From the NCBI GenBank assembly GCA_964291655.2, contig OZ219802.1:2432001-2496000 (forward strand): DNA of 64,000 nucleotides, given 5' to 3'. Shown one piece after another: positions 10,616 through 19,967 of this stretch (positions are counted from its first letter, which is position 1; each line of letters begins with the position of its first letter). The translations under genes were made by a program, and so were the position numbers. The notes beneath the pieces were generated by a model, which worked only from the letters and a program-made list of their open reading frames with translations, was not told the origin of the DNA and made no database searches. Source of the DNA: Chloroflexota bacterium. Its GTDB lineage: Bacteria > Chloroflexota > UBA11872 > VXOZ01.

Positions 10616-12076
10616 TCAGAGTGCAGCCGGTCTGCGCGTTGTCGGAGCGGCCTGCGTCTCGCTGCTGTCACTTTGGCGCATACCGGGAACGGCCAACGAG
10701 ATTGCCAGGATGAAGATCACAATGACCGCGCCCGCAACGCTTACGACTTGTGGCGCGCTCCAGCGGTCTACCAGCATGCCCATCGGCAGAGCAGCCATGG
10801 GCATCAGTGAGAACGTCATCATGTAAATGCTCATCACGCGTCCGTAGTAAGCCTGGTCGGTTTGCAGCATCACCAACGTATTGTTGAGAGACATGTAGGC
10901 ATTTGCCGTAAGCCCGACGATTCCCACCATCAAGAGGCTCAACGGCAGCCAATCGCTGTAGGCAAAGAGCACCAGCGAAATGCCAAACAGCCCGCCGAAT
11001 ACCACTTGCAGCACTTTCGCGTGCTGGCCAGCCGCAAGATACGCCACGAGCAATGAGCCCAGCACGCCGCCCACGCCGGTCGCTGAATTCAAGAAGCCGA
11101 GCCAGCGCGCGTCCACGCCGAGCACGTCCTCCTGAAATACGGGGAGGAGCATCTGGTAGGGTCGCCCCAGCAGCAACGGGATGAAGGCGAGGCTCATGAG
11201 CAACAGCAGTGTACGCTCAGTGAAGACGTACCTGAAGCCGTCAAACATCTGCGCTGAAAACCTGCCGGCAGCGGCCTTTTTGTCGCTCTCCAGCGTTTTG
11301 GGCAACCGCATGATAAAGAGGGTAGACACCCCATAGCATACCGCCGTAATATCGAACGCCCCGGCCGTGCCCAACCCGGGCGTGACAATGACGATTCCCG
11401 CTACTGCAGGCCCCAGTATCGTCATCATGTTGCGACCGGAATTATTGAGCGCGATGGCGTTGCCAAGCCGCTCGCGTCCCACCAGCGCGGGGATCAGCGA
11501 GGAACGCGTGGGCATGCCGAGTGAAAACGCGATACCTTGCAGAAAACCAAACACGATCAGATGCCAGATGGCAATCCAACCTGTGTGGATAAGGAGCGCT
11601 AGCAGAACGGAAACCGCAAGCATGAAGACTTGCGAGCCAATCAAGAGACGGCGCTTGTCAACGCGGTCGGCCAGCACACCGGCAATGGGTGAAAAGAACA
11701 GCATCGGCAGCCCCATGGCAAAACTGACCAGACCGAGGATACCGGCAGAGCCGCTGAGGTCGTATGCCAGGTACCCGCGAGAAATGATGGCAACTTGCAG
11801 GCCGGCGAACGAGACGAGCATGCCCAGCCACATGTCACGGTAAGCAGGAACCGATAGCGCCTCGAACGTGCGTGATATGAATGGCAGTCTCGGCGACGTT
11901 TTGCCGCCGGTTTCATTTCCCTCCGCTGCTTCGGAACTCTCCGGCTTCGGCGTCGAGGATTGGACGTTCAGCGTGTGATTCCTTCTCAATTTTCGCGGCT
12001 GGTGTATGGCCGTTGCGCTTGCGCATGCGTCAGTAAACTCGTCACTTCCGTACGCGAGCATGCGGCTGCGTGGCAA
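10616..12076 (-). CDS. MFS transporter (start uncertain)
   Basis: About 12 hydrophobic segments, motif A GVLADRVDKRR; real start may be further downstream (11989 TTG or 11971 CTG). Confidence 0.88.
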   Translation of the reverse strand: MPRSRMLAYGSDEFTDACASATAIHQPRKLRRNHTLNVQSSTPKPESSEAAEGNETGGKTSPRLPFISRTFEALSVPAYRDMWLGMLVSFAGLQVAIISRGYLAYDLSGSAGILGLVSFAMGLPMLFFSPIAGVLADRVDKRRLLIGSQVFMLAVSVLLALLIHTGWIAIWHLIVFGFLQGIAFSLGMPTRSSLIPALVGRERLGNAIALNNSGRNMMTILGPAVAGIVIVTPGLGTAGAFDITAVCYGVSTLFIMRLPKTLESDKKAAAGRFSAQMFDGFRYVFTERTLLLLMSLAFIPLLLGRPYQMLLPVFQEDVLGVDARWLGFLNSATGVGGVLGSLLVAYLAAGQHAKVLQVVFGGLFGISLVLFAYSDWLPLSLLMVGIVGLTANAYMSLNNTLVMLQTDQAYYGRVMSIYMMTFSLMPMAALPMGMLVDRWSAPQVVSVAGAVIVIFILAISLAVPGMRQSDSSETQAAPTTRRPAAL

Positions 12077-12262
12077 CTAGCTTTTTGACGTGCACGTTAA
12101 CGTGCATTCTAAGCGGCAGAAGGTCATTCTGCAAACGGGAGGACCTGCTCACCTGCAGGGGCACAGTGCGCTTGGCGCGTATTGGCGAATGCGACCGGCG
12201 TTGGACGGCAATTGGCGGCATCAATGTGCAACTCAAAGGCTGCAAAGTGATTAGCCGTATCC

Positions 12263-13435
12263 TCACCCTTCAGCTCTGCCGGTGTATGTGCGCCCGCTAT
12301 CGCCTTCTCCGAGCGTTGCTTCGACTCCCAACTCTCGGGAGAGTTCCAGGAAGCGAACGAGATCTTCGTGATTGAGCACGCCCAGCAGCTCGTCACCGCG
12401 CATGACAAGCAATTGGCGTGCGGTGTGCTCGTCGAACAGATCGAAGGCCTGAAGGATGGACTCGTCCGGGCCCACGGTAATCAGCGAAGACGAGGCTATA
12501 GCTTGACCCACGGTTGTCTCCGGCCAGGCGCTTTGCGGCACGTTGCGCGCATCGCCAATGGTGATGACTCCGATCGCGTGACCGTCCTGCACAACCGGCA
12601 CAGAGCGAACACCATCGCGTAGGAGCATGGTGAGCACGACGCGGTCCATGGTCTCATCGGGGCGTACGATAGCTGGATTGGCGCGCATCAGGCTGGTTAC
12701 GGGTATGTCGCGGAGCGCCTCGTCCCGTGAGAATTGGCGGCGATTTGCCGCTGCTGCGCCATTCAGGAACCAGCCGATGAAAATCAACCAGACTCCGGTT
12801 AAGTAGACGCCCCGAATGAAGAAGATTAGGCCGAAGGCGATCAGGCCGATTGCAAAGACCTGTCCGACGATGGTGGCAATGGTGGTCCCTCTGCGCATGC
12901 TGCCAGTGATTCCCCAAACGATGGCGCGGAATACTCTGCCGCCGTCCAGCGGAAAGCCGGGGAGCAGATTGAAAAGGGCAAGTCCGCCGTTTATGAAGGC
13001 CAATTGTGTCAAAAGGACTCGTGCGGGCACGTCCAGCGGCAAGGTAATGCTTAGAACCAGGAAGATGAGGGCAAGGAGTAGGCTGCTCGCGGGCCCCACC
13101 ACGGCGATGAAGAATTCGTCACTAGGCCGTCGCGGCTCGGACTTGAGCACGGCGGCGCCGCCAAAGATGAAGAGTGTGATGCTCTCTACCTTCATGCCGC
13201 GCGCCAGCGCCATGAAGGAATGAGCAAACTCGTGAAAGAGCACCGAACCGAAGATGAGCAGCGCGGCCAAGCTCCCCACAATCCAATACGTCAATTCGGT
13301 CCAGCCAAAATAACCGAATGGAAACATAGTACGCGGCACTGACCAGGCGATGAGCAAGAACGCCAAGAACCACGTGTAGTGGACCCGTACCGTGATGCCT
13401 GCAATGGAAAAGAGCTTCATTGCCCTTGGGTTCAT
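12263..13435 (-). CDS. Site-2 protease (M50) with C-terminal CBS pair
   Basis: HEFAH, NLLPGFPLDGGR, tandem CBS domains. Confidence 0.93.
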   Translation of the reverse strand: MNPRAMKLFSIAGITVRVHYTWFLAFLLIAWSVPRTMFPFGYFGWTELTYWIVGSLAALLIFGSVLFHEFAHSFMALARGMKVESITLFIFGGAAVLKSEPRRPSDEFFIAVVGPASSLLLALIFLVLSITLPLDVPARVLLTQLAFINGGLALFNLLPGFPLDGGRVFRAIVWGITGSMRRGTTIATIVGQVFAIGLIAFGLIFFIRGVYLTGVWLIFIGWFLNGAAAANRRQFSRDEALRDIPVTSLMRANPAIVRPDETMDRVVLTMLLRDGVRSVPVVQDGHAIGVITIGDARNVPQSAWPETTVGQAIASSSLITVGPDESILQAFDLFDEHTARQLLVMRGDELLGVLNHEDLVRFLELSRELGVEATLGEGDSGRTYTGRAEG

Positions 13436-13632
13436 AGAAATCCTGCCATGCCTGCGCCACACACTTTGATTTCACTGTACCGCAAGTAGGGGCAAGGCGT
13501 GGTTCACTCGCAAGAATGCCGCTACACATCGGCTGCGGGAAGAGCCTGCGAGTCGAGCATGCCTGCAGTGGAAGCTCTCAGGCGGATGCACCCGACTGGA
13601 GTATGCGACGAGAATCGGAAATGGCGGCGCGC

Positions 13633-14097
13633 CTACAGTTTCTGCAGCAGGTTCGCCATTTCCAGGGCGGCCATGGCAGCGTCGAAGCCTTTGTTGCCGA
13701 GCTTGGCGCCGGATCGTTCCATGGCTTGTTCGAGGGTTTCGGCCGCAATCAGGCCGTTGATGACGGGGATATCGGCGGCCAGCGCGACGTGGGCAATGCC
13801 GCTCGCCGCACCGTCGGCCACGTGCTCGAAGTGCACGGTAGCGCCGCGAATCACAACGCCCAAGCAGATGATAGCGCCGTAGCTCTGACTTGCAGCGAGG
13901 CGCTGGGCGGCAACCGGGATTTCCAAAGAGCCGGGCACGCGTACGATGTCTATCGCGCCATCCTGTACGCCATGACGCTTGAGACCGTCCACAGCACCCT
14001 GGATCAGGCGGTCTACGAAGAGTTCGTTGAATCGCGCCGCTACGATGGCAAAGCGGTGGTCGCCGGCTTCGAGCGTACCTTCAATCATACGTGCCAC
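13633..14097 (-). CDS. ribH: 6,7-dimethyl-8-ribityllumazine synthase
   Basis: ARFNE, VPGSLEIP, LGVVIRGAT.HF, GNKG. Confidence 0.96.
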   Translation of the reverse strand: MARMIEGTLEAGDHRFAIVAARFNELFVDRLIQGAVDGLKRHGVQDGAIDIVRVPGSLEIPVAAQRLAASQSYGAIICLGVVIRGATVHFEHVADGAASGIAHVALAADIPVINGLIAAETLEQAMERSGAKLGNKGFDAAMAALEMANLLQKL

Positions 14098-14104
14098 CGT
14101 TCTC

Positions 14105-15322
14105 TTACTCCGTGTCCTGGGTGATAAACGACAGATCGTGACCCAGTCTATCACGTTTCGTCTGCAGATAGCGCAGGTTTTCGCTGTTCGGTTGCACGCT
14201 GAGGGGTACCCGCTCGACCATTTCCAGGCCGTAGATGCTAAGCGCCGCCTCCTTGATAGGACTGTTGGTGAGCAAGCGCACCTTGTGCGCTCCCAGGTCC
14301 TTGAGCACCTGGCAGCCGAAGCCGTAGTTGCGCTGGTCAGCCCCCAGCCCGAGGCGATGATTGGCTTCTACGGTATCCAATCCTTCGTCCTGCAATTCAT
14401 ACGCGCGCATCTTGTTCATGAGTCCGATGCCGCGGCCTTCTTGATTTAGATAGAGGACAATGCCCGTGCCTTCCTCCTGCACCATCTGCATAGCCAAGCG
14501 CAGTTGCATGCCGCAATCACAGCGTAACGACCCGAGCGCATCGCCGGTGGCACATTGAGAGTGCACACGCACCAGCACCGGTTCATCCGGCGTGATCGTG
14601 CCGGTGACTAGCGCGATGCCTTCTTGCCAGTCGGCAGTGCTCTCGTAGGCAAGTGCCGTAAACTCTCCATAGTCCGTCGGGATGCGGGTGCAGGCGACGC
14701 GGCGCGCAATCGTCTCCGTGCGGTAGCGGTATTCGATGAGGTCGGCAATGCTAATGATGGTGATGCCATGCCTGGCGGCGAATTCCTTGAGTTGCGGCAA
14801 GCGCATCATCGTGCCGTCTTCGTCCATGATTTCGCAGACCACCGCCCCCGGGTAGAGGCCGGCAAGCTTGGTAAGGTCTATGCTGGCTTCGGTATGACCG
14901 GCGCGCACCAGCACCCCGCCATCACAGGCGCGCAGGGGAAACGTGTGACCCGGCATGATAAGGTCGCTCGGTTTGGTGTTGGGATTCACCAGCGCCTTGA
15001 TGGTGGTAGCTCGATCTGAAGCGGAAATTCCACTGGCCACACCGTGCCGCGACTCCACGGAAACGGTGAACGCGGTGCCGTACATGGTGTCGTTGTTCGA
15101 AACCATCAGCGGGATGCGCAGTTCGTCCAAGCGTTGGGCGGTGAGCGGCGCGCAAATGAGGCCACGCCCGTACTTCGCCATGAAATTGACCTTCTCGGCC
15201 GTGATCTTCTCGGCCGCAATGCAAAGATCGCCTTCATTCTCGCGGTCCTTGTCATCGATGACAATGACGAAGTTGCCTTGGCGAAATTCCTCAATGGCCT
15301 CTTCAATCGTAGCTAGTGGCAT
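14105..15322 (-). CDS. ribBA: Bifunctional DHBP synthase / GTP cyclohydrolase II
   Basis: DDKDRENEGD, GISASDRA, GHTEA, RVHSQC..GD..GSLRCDCG, QEGRGIG. Confidence 0.96.
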   Translation of the reverse strand: MPLATIEEAIEEFRQGNFVIVIDDKDRENEGDLCIAAEKITAEKVNFMAKYGRGLICAPLTAQRLDELRIPLMVSNNDTMYGTAFTVSVESRHGVASGISASDRATTIKALVNPNTKPSDLIMPGHTFPLRACDGGVLVRAGHTEASIDLTKLAGLYPGAVVCEIMDEDGTMMRLPQLKEFAARHGITIISIADLIEYRYRTETIARRVACTRIPTDYGEFTALAYESTADWQEGIALVTGTITPDEPVLVRVHSQCATGDALGSLRCDCGMQLRLAMQMVQEEGTGIVLYLNQEGRGIGLMNKMRAYELQDEGLDTVEANHRLGLGADQRNYGFGCQVLKDLGAHKVRLLTNSPIKEAALSIYGLEMVERVPLSVQPNSENLRYLQTKRDRLGHDLSFITQDTE

Positions 15323-15515
15323 GCGAATGCTCTTTCCGTTCCCTTTACGACTGCCTGCAACAATGCAGCGCAATCGAGTCGCACTTTGCGCTGGAAGACC
15401 TGTGAGTTCTGTGCCGTATGTGGGAAACCGACTGTAGATGAGTCACGTTGATTCGTCTTTCGCTTCGTTTCCGATAGGGCGCGCCAATGAGAATTCGAGT
15501 TGTAGGCGATGGCGC

Positions 15516-15830
15516 CTAGGGTAGTAACTTTAAGGCCGCCACGATCAGCCCACCCACCGCTACCTGTAGCAATGCAAGCTGAAGTATTAGGTTGTTCATA
15601 CGGAGTTCAAGCGTTGCTGTTAGCCGCAATTCCAATGCTTGCAGGTCGCCTTTGGTTGACCGTTCCAAGGCTTGCAAGTCCGCTTTGGTTGCCATGTCCG
15701 CGATATCGGACTTTGTTGCCAAAGCGCCGTAGCCCTCGCCGCCCACGTCTATCAAGGCTTTGGCTTGGCGCTCCGTGAAGCCCGCGGCAACAAGGACTTC
15801 AAACGCCTTGTGCGTGTCGAATACTGCCAG
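15516..15830 (-). CDS. DUF1640/CCDC90-like coiled-coil protein with C-terminal TM helix
   Basis: Frame extends upstream of the track ORF to LAVFDTHKAFEVLVAAGFTERQAKAL, followed by LATKSDI/MATKADL/STKGDL repeats; the only in-frame start before an upstream TGA is CTG at 15830. Confidence 0.75.
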   Translation of the reverse strand: MAVFDTHKAFEVLVAAGFTERQAKALIDVGGEGYGALATKSDIADMATKADLQALERSTKGDLQALELRLTATLELRMNNLILQLALLQVAVGGLIVAALKLLP

Positions 15831-15862
15831 CGGTCATGCTTCCTAGCTTCTTGCGTCGATTG

Positions 15863-16462
15863 CTACCGGCCCTGGTCGTGTACTAGCAACCGTTCGACGT
15901 ACTTTGCAAACAGGTCTACTTCCAAGTTTACCCGGGCGCCGAGCGTCTGGCGCGTCAGGTTCGTATGTTCCTGAGTATATTGTACCAGGGAGACTGCAAA
16001 GTCCTGCGCGTTTACCTCGGAAACGGTGAGACTGACACCATCTACGGCAACCGAGCCTTTCACGATCAGATAGCGGAGCACTTCCGGCGGCGCGGTAAAC
16101 CGCATTACCACAGAGTCGCCCACTGGTGTTCGCGCAAGGATTGTGCCGGTAGCGTCTACGTGCCCTTGAACTATGTGTCCGCCCAGGCTATCGCCGACGC
16201 GCAATGCCGGTTCCAAGTTTACGCGGTCACCTGGAGAGAGGTCGCCTAATCCTGTACGAGAGAGGGTTTCCGGCGTAAGTTTGCACGCAAACGCTGGTGG
16301 TTCAAGTGTAGCCACGGTGAGGCACGTGCCGTTCACGGCAACGCTCTCGCCGGGGCTGAGGGTACTGGCGATCTCCGGGGCCGCAATCTCCAACTCCGCC
16401 CCATCAGCCGAAGCAGCGAGGTGGGTTACGGTGCCAAGCGCTGTGATTATGCCGGTAAACAT
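15863..16462 (-). CDS. ribE: Riboflavin synthase (alpha chain)
   Basis: MFTGII start, SVAVNGTCLTV, GGHIVQGHVD, KGSVAVDGVSLTV. Confidence 0.96.
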   Translation of the reverse strand: MFTGIITALGTVTHLAASADGAELEIAAPEIASTLSPGESVAVNGTCLTVATLEPPAFACKLTPETLSRTGLGDLSPGDRVNLEPALRVGDSLGGHIVQGHVDATGTILARTPVGDSVVMRFTAPPEVLRYLIVKGSVAVDGVSLTVSEVNAQDFAVSLVQYTQEHTNLTRQTLGARVNLEVDLFAKYVERLLVHDQGR

Positions 16463-16525
16463 GGTAAACCTCTCCGCCTCTTGTTGATTATAGCGGTAAG
16501 GGTGCGAAGGGTTTGCTGCGCAGTT

Positions 16526-17686
16526 CTAGCAGTCCACATCGCTAAGATCGGCGGTCAGAAGCACGTCTGGGCCAATTTGCGCTACAGACGAAAAGCTAAA
16601 GCGTCGTATGGCAGCGGCCTCATTTCCATCGGGACCGGCAAGCAGCGACGGCGCATTGTCATTGCCAACCAGGATCGGCGCGACAAAGAGCAGGAACTTT
16701 TGCACACAGCCGGCATCCAGAAAGGCCGCAGCCAGAGTGGGACCGCCTTCCAAGAGTACGGATCGGACACCTTCCGCCCCCAGCCGCCGCATGAAGCTTG
16801 GCACGTCAACCCTCTCGTCCACAGACGGCAGCGGCCACACGTCGGCGTTGCGCGTGCGATACTGCTTCAGCCGGTCGGCTGCGGCTGCATTCGTTGTAAC
16901 GACTGTCGTCGCGCCGGGGAGATCCGGGCCGAGAACTCTGGCACTTACCGGCGTTCTACCGCTGCTATCGAGGATGTAACGACGGGGGTGACGCACGTCC
17001 GCTCGCGCCAGGCGCGTGGTCAACTGCGGGTCATCGGCAATGACCGTGTTCACGCCGACGACAATAGCGTCGCTGCGGTCGCGCAGTTCATGCACCATGG
17101 TGCGCGCGGCTTCACTTGTCAAATAGGTCGTTTCATTGTCGCCCGTCGCCACTTTGCCGTCAGCGCTCATGGCCATTTTCAAGGTGACGAACGGCAGGCC
17201 GGTTCTCATGCTGTAGAGGTACGCTGCGTGGCACTGCCGAGCCTGCTCCGCGTTGACCCCAACACGTACTTGAATCCCTGCGGTTCGCAGACGTGCCACT
17301 CCTTGGCCGTTGACCCGGGGATGAGGATCGAGGACGCCAATGCTGACGCGTCGAATGCCGGCGGCAATGATTGCCGCCGTACACGGCGGCGTGCGCCCCT
17401 GAAATGCGCAGGGCTCAAGTGTCACGTAGAGGTCGGCTCCTCTGGCGGCATCGCCGGCGTGGTTGAGCGCCGCGACTTCCGCGTGAGCCTGGCCGGGCGG
17501 CTGCGTGGCCCCTTCACCCACTACACTACCGTCCCGCACGATAACGGCGCCGACCGCAGGATTAGGCGACGTGCGCCCTTGCGCCTGTTCTGCCAATTCG
17601 AGGGCGCGAGTCATGTGGTCATTGGACATACTAATGGCCTGCGGCGTGTCGGGAGGAGGCACACGAGTCTTAGCCGTAGCGAACAT
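16526..17686 (-). CDS. ribD: Bifunctional deaminase/reductase RibD (start may be 17629)
   Basis: PNPAVGAV, HAE, TLEPC..GRTPPC, DDPQLTTR, EGGPTL. Confidence 0.95.
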   Translation of the reverse strand: MFATAKTRVPPPDTPQAISMSNDHMTRALELAEQAQGRTSPNPAVGAVIVRDGSVVGEGATQPPGQAHAEVAALNHAGDAARGADLYVTLEPCAFQGRTPPCTAAIIAAGIRRVSIGVLDPHPRVNGQGVARLRTAGIQVRVGVNAEQARQCHAAYLYSMRTGLPFVTLKMAMSADGKVATGDNETTYLTSEAARTMVHELRDRSDAIVVGVNTVIADDPQLTTRLARADVRHPRRYILDSSGRTPVSARVLGPDLPGATTVVTTNAAAADRLKQYRTRNADVWPLPSVDERVDVPSFMRRLGAEGVRSVLLEGGPTLAAAFLDAGCVQKFLLFVAPILVGNDNAPSLLAGPDGNEAAAIRRFSFSSVAQIGPDVLLTADLSDVDC

Positions 17687-17704
17687 GGGGCGGTTCGGCC
17701 GGTC

Positions 17705-18865
17705 TCATACCACGGCCATGGCGCGCAACTGGCTCACGATACCTGGCAGTAGCTCCAGCACGTGTTCGATCTCGTCCGGCGTGTTCCTGTGACCCACGCT
17801 CAAACGCAGCGCGCCCCGCGCACGGTGCAGCGGGATGCCCATCGCTTGCAGCACGTGAGAAGGTTCCAACGAGGTGGCGGAGCAGGCTGATCCGGCAGAG
17901 GCGCAGACATTGTGCATGTCGAGGTTGAGGAGAATGCTTTCGCCTTCAATGTTTGCGAACGTGAGACTGGCAATGTGCGGCAGCCGCTGGGTAGGATGGC
18001 CGGTGCGCTCTGCGATCTCAATCCCCTCGCAAACGCTGCCAAGCAGGCGGTCCCGCAACGCCCGGCAATGCGCATTGCGTTCATCGCGGTGTGCCTGGGA
18101 CAGCGAAAGCGCCTTCGCCATGCCTACGGCGTAGGGCACGTTTTCCGTGCCGGAGCGTCGGTTGCGCTCTTGTCCGCCGCCCTGGACCAAGGGGATGAGC
18201 GGCGTGCCGCGCCGCGTGAAGAGTGCGCCGATACCTTTCGGCCCATAGAATTTATGGGCAGCAATTGACATAAGGTCAATGTCCAGCTCTTCAACGTCCA
18301 GATCCATGCAACCGACGGCCTGCACGGCGTCAGTGTGCACGACAATGTCCTCGTTTAGTTCCCGTGCCGACACTATCGCCTCTTGCAGGGGTTGGACGGT
18401 GCCGACCTCATTGTTGGCGATCATCATGCTGAGCAGGACGGTATCCGGACGTACGGCGGCACGCAGCGCGTCCAGGTCTACGATGCCGTGCCGGTCAACC
18501 GGAAGATAGGTTACCTCGAAGCCTTCCCTCTCCAACCTGTGGCATGTGTGCAGCACCGCGTGGTGTTCGATCTGCGTAGTGATAACGTGCCTGCCCTCGT
18601 CACGCCGGGCGTACGCCACACCCTTCAGGGCAAGATTTGCGCCCTCGCTGCCGCTGCCGGTGAAGACGATTTCATTGGGACTGCACAAGAAGACATCGGC
18701 AATGTCCTCCCGCGCTTCCTCCACCGCCCGCTTGGCCTGGCGCGCAATACTGTAGATGCCGGAAGGGTTGCCCCACTGCTCAGTGAGATAGGGCAGCATG
18801 GCGTCGAGAACAGCCGGGTCAACCGGCGTCGTTGCGGCGTGGTCGAGGTAGATTAGGTCGCTCAT
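17705..18865 (-). CDS. iscS: Cysteine desulfurase (IscS/NifS type)
   Basis: YLDHAATTP, HTDAVQ, AHKFYGPKG (PLP Lys), RSGTEN, SAGSAC. Confidence 0.9.
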   Translation of the reverse strand: MSDLIYLDHAATTPVDPAVLDAMLPYLTEQWGNPSGIYSIARQAKRAVEEAREDIADVFLCSPNEIVFTGSGSEGANLALKGVAYARRDEGRHVITTQIEHHAVLHTCHRLEREGFEVTYLPVDRHGIVDLDALRAAVRPDTVLLSMMIANNEVGTVQPLQEAIVSARELNEDIVVHTDAVQAVGCMDLDVEELDIDLMSIAAHKFYGPKGIGALFTRRGTPLIPLVQGGGQERNRRSGTENVPYAVGMAKALSLSQAHRDERNAHCRALRDRLLGSVCEGIEIAERTGHPTQRLPHIASLTFANIEGESILLNLDMHNVCASAGSACSATSLEPSHVLQAMGIPLHRARGALRLSVGHRNTPDEIEHVLELLPGIVSQLRAMAVV

Positions 18866-19093
18866 GAATTACGCTCCTCCTACGCGAGGAGTATACACTC
18901 TCTGTCCCAAGCAAACGACGGAGCAAGTACCCGCACAGGCACCGGTGTGACTGGGTTCAAGGCGTGAACGGGTGCGTTTTCAACTCTACGTGACTCAAGT
19001 ATAGTAGCCGCGCTTTTCGGTTGCCAAGAAGTAAATTGGATTCGTAAGAGCGCAAGGCGCTAAACAAGACCCACCACTCCGTTCTGTTTCTGC

Positions 19094-19141
19094 CGACGGA
19101 GCCGTCGTACGACGGAGCCTGCGTACGACGGAGCCTTCGTA
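19094..19141. repeat. Tandem repeat, 3 x 16 nt (CGACGGAGCCNNCGTA)
   Basis: cgacggagccgtcgta / cgacggagcctgcgta / cgacggagccttcgta. Confidence 0.85.
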
Positions 19142-19163
19142 GCGAAGCACAATTCTTCAGGCG

Positions 19164-19967
19164 CTAGATGCCGGCGATGTCCCGTCGTCGGAAGATGAGC
19201 ACTGCCAACGCAAGGAAGACGAGGCTGGCGCCCAGCAGCACCGCGGGGTCTTGGAAAGAAATGTCCTCCCGCAAGACGGCCAGCGGTTCGAAGTAGTTGA
19301 AAGGACCCAAGATGCGGTAATCGTAGAGGTTCTCGACAATGTCTGTCATGGCATCGAAGAAATAGGCGCCTACTGTGAAGACGGCACCAAGCACGCCTGC
19401 AAGACGGCGCGAGGGCAACGAAGCGGACAGGAAAAGCGAAAAGCAATAGAAGAGCGCGCCCATGCCGAACGCGTTGAGCATGACAAGAGCAAGCCGGTCG
19501 AGCTCCAAGGTGGCTTCGTCCACGAAGCCGATGCTTACCCAGAGCACCACGCCTATAATCACGAGCACTAGGACGAGGCTCAAGAGAGTTGCGGCTGTCT
19601 TGTGCAGAACAACTTGGCTGCGCGAAATAGGCAGGGAGAGCAGGGTATCCATGGTGCCGCGCTCTTCTTCGCCGCGCAGCGCACCGGTGCCCTCGATGAT
19701 GGCGAAAATGGCCAGGATCAACGGCAGGATGATCAAGTACTGCGATACCAGATAGCCGTCAAATTCTGTTAGCGAAAGCACGCCGCCCGTAAAGGCCTTG
19801 TAGGCGTCGGGCAGGTTCTTCATAGCTTCCTCAAGCTCAGCGCCGCTCGCTGCGAAACTGGGATAAATGGCGATTACCAGCAGTGCGAGCGCGCCCAGAC
19901 CTAGCCCGTAGGCCAGTACGGGAATGCGCTGGTCACGCAGAGTCTTGAGCAGAAGATTCCGCAGCAT
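19164..19967 (-). CDS. ABC-2 type transporter permease
   Basis: GEEERGTMDTLLSLPISR motif, about 6 TM segments. Confidence 0.9.
   Translation of the reverse strand: MLRNLLLKTLRDQRIPVLAYGLGLGALALLVIAIYPSFAASGAELEEAMKNLPDAYKAFTGGVLSLTEFDGYLVSQYLIILPLILAIFAIIEGTGALRGEEERGTMDTLLSLPISRSQVVLHKTAATLLSLVLVLVIIGVVLWVSIGFVDEATLELDRLALVMLNAFGMGALFYCFSLFLSASLPSRRLAGVLGAVFTVGAYFFDAMTDIVENLYDYRILGPFNYFEPLAVLREDISFQDPAVLLGASLVFLALAVLIFRRRDIAGI

Noticed and set aside
18866-19020. FMN or TPP riboswitch ahead of the iscS-rib cluster
   Set aside because: Core consensus sequences (AGGGUGAAAUUCCC..ACCG; GCUGAGA..CCUGAU) are absent
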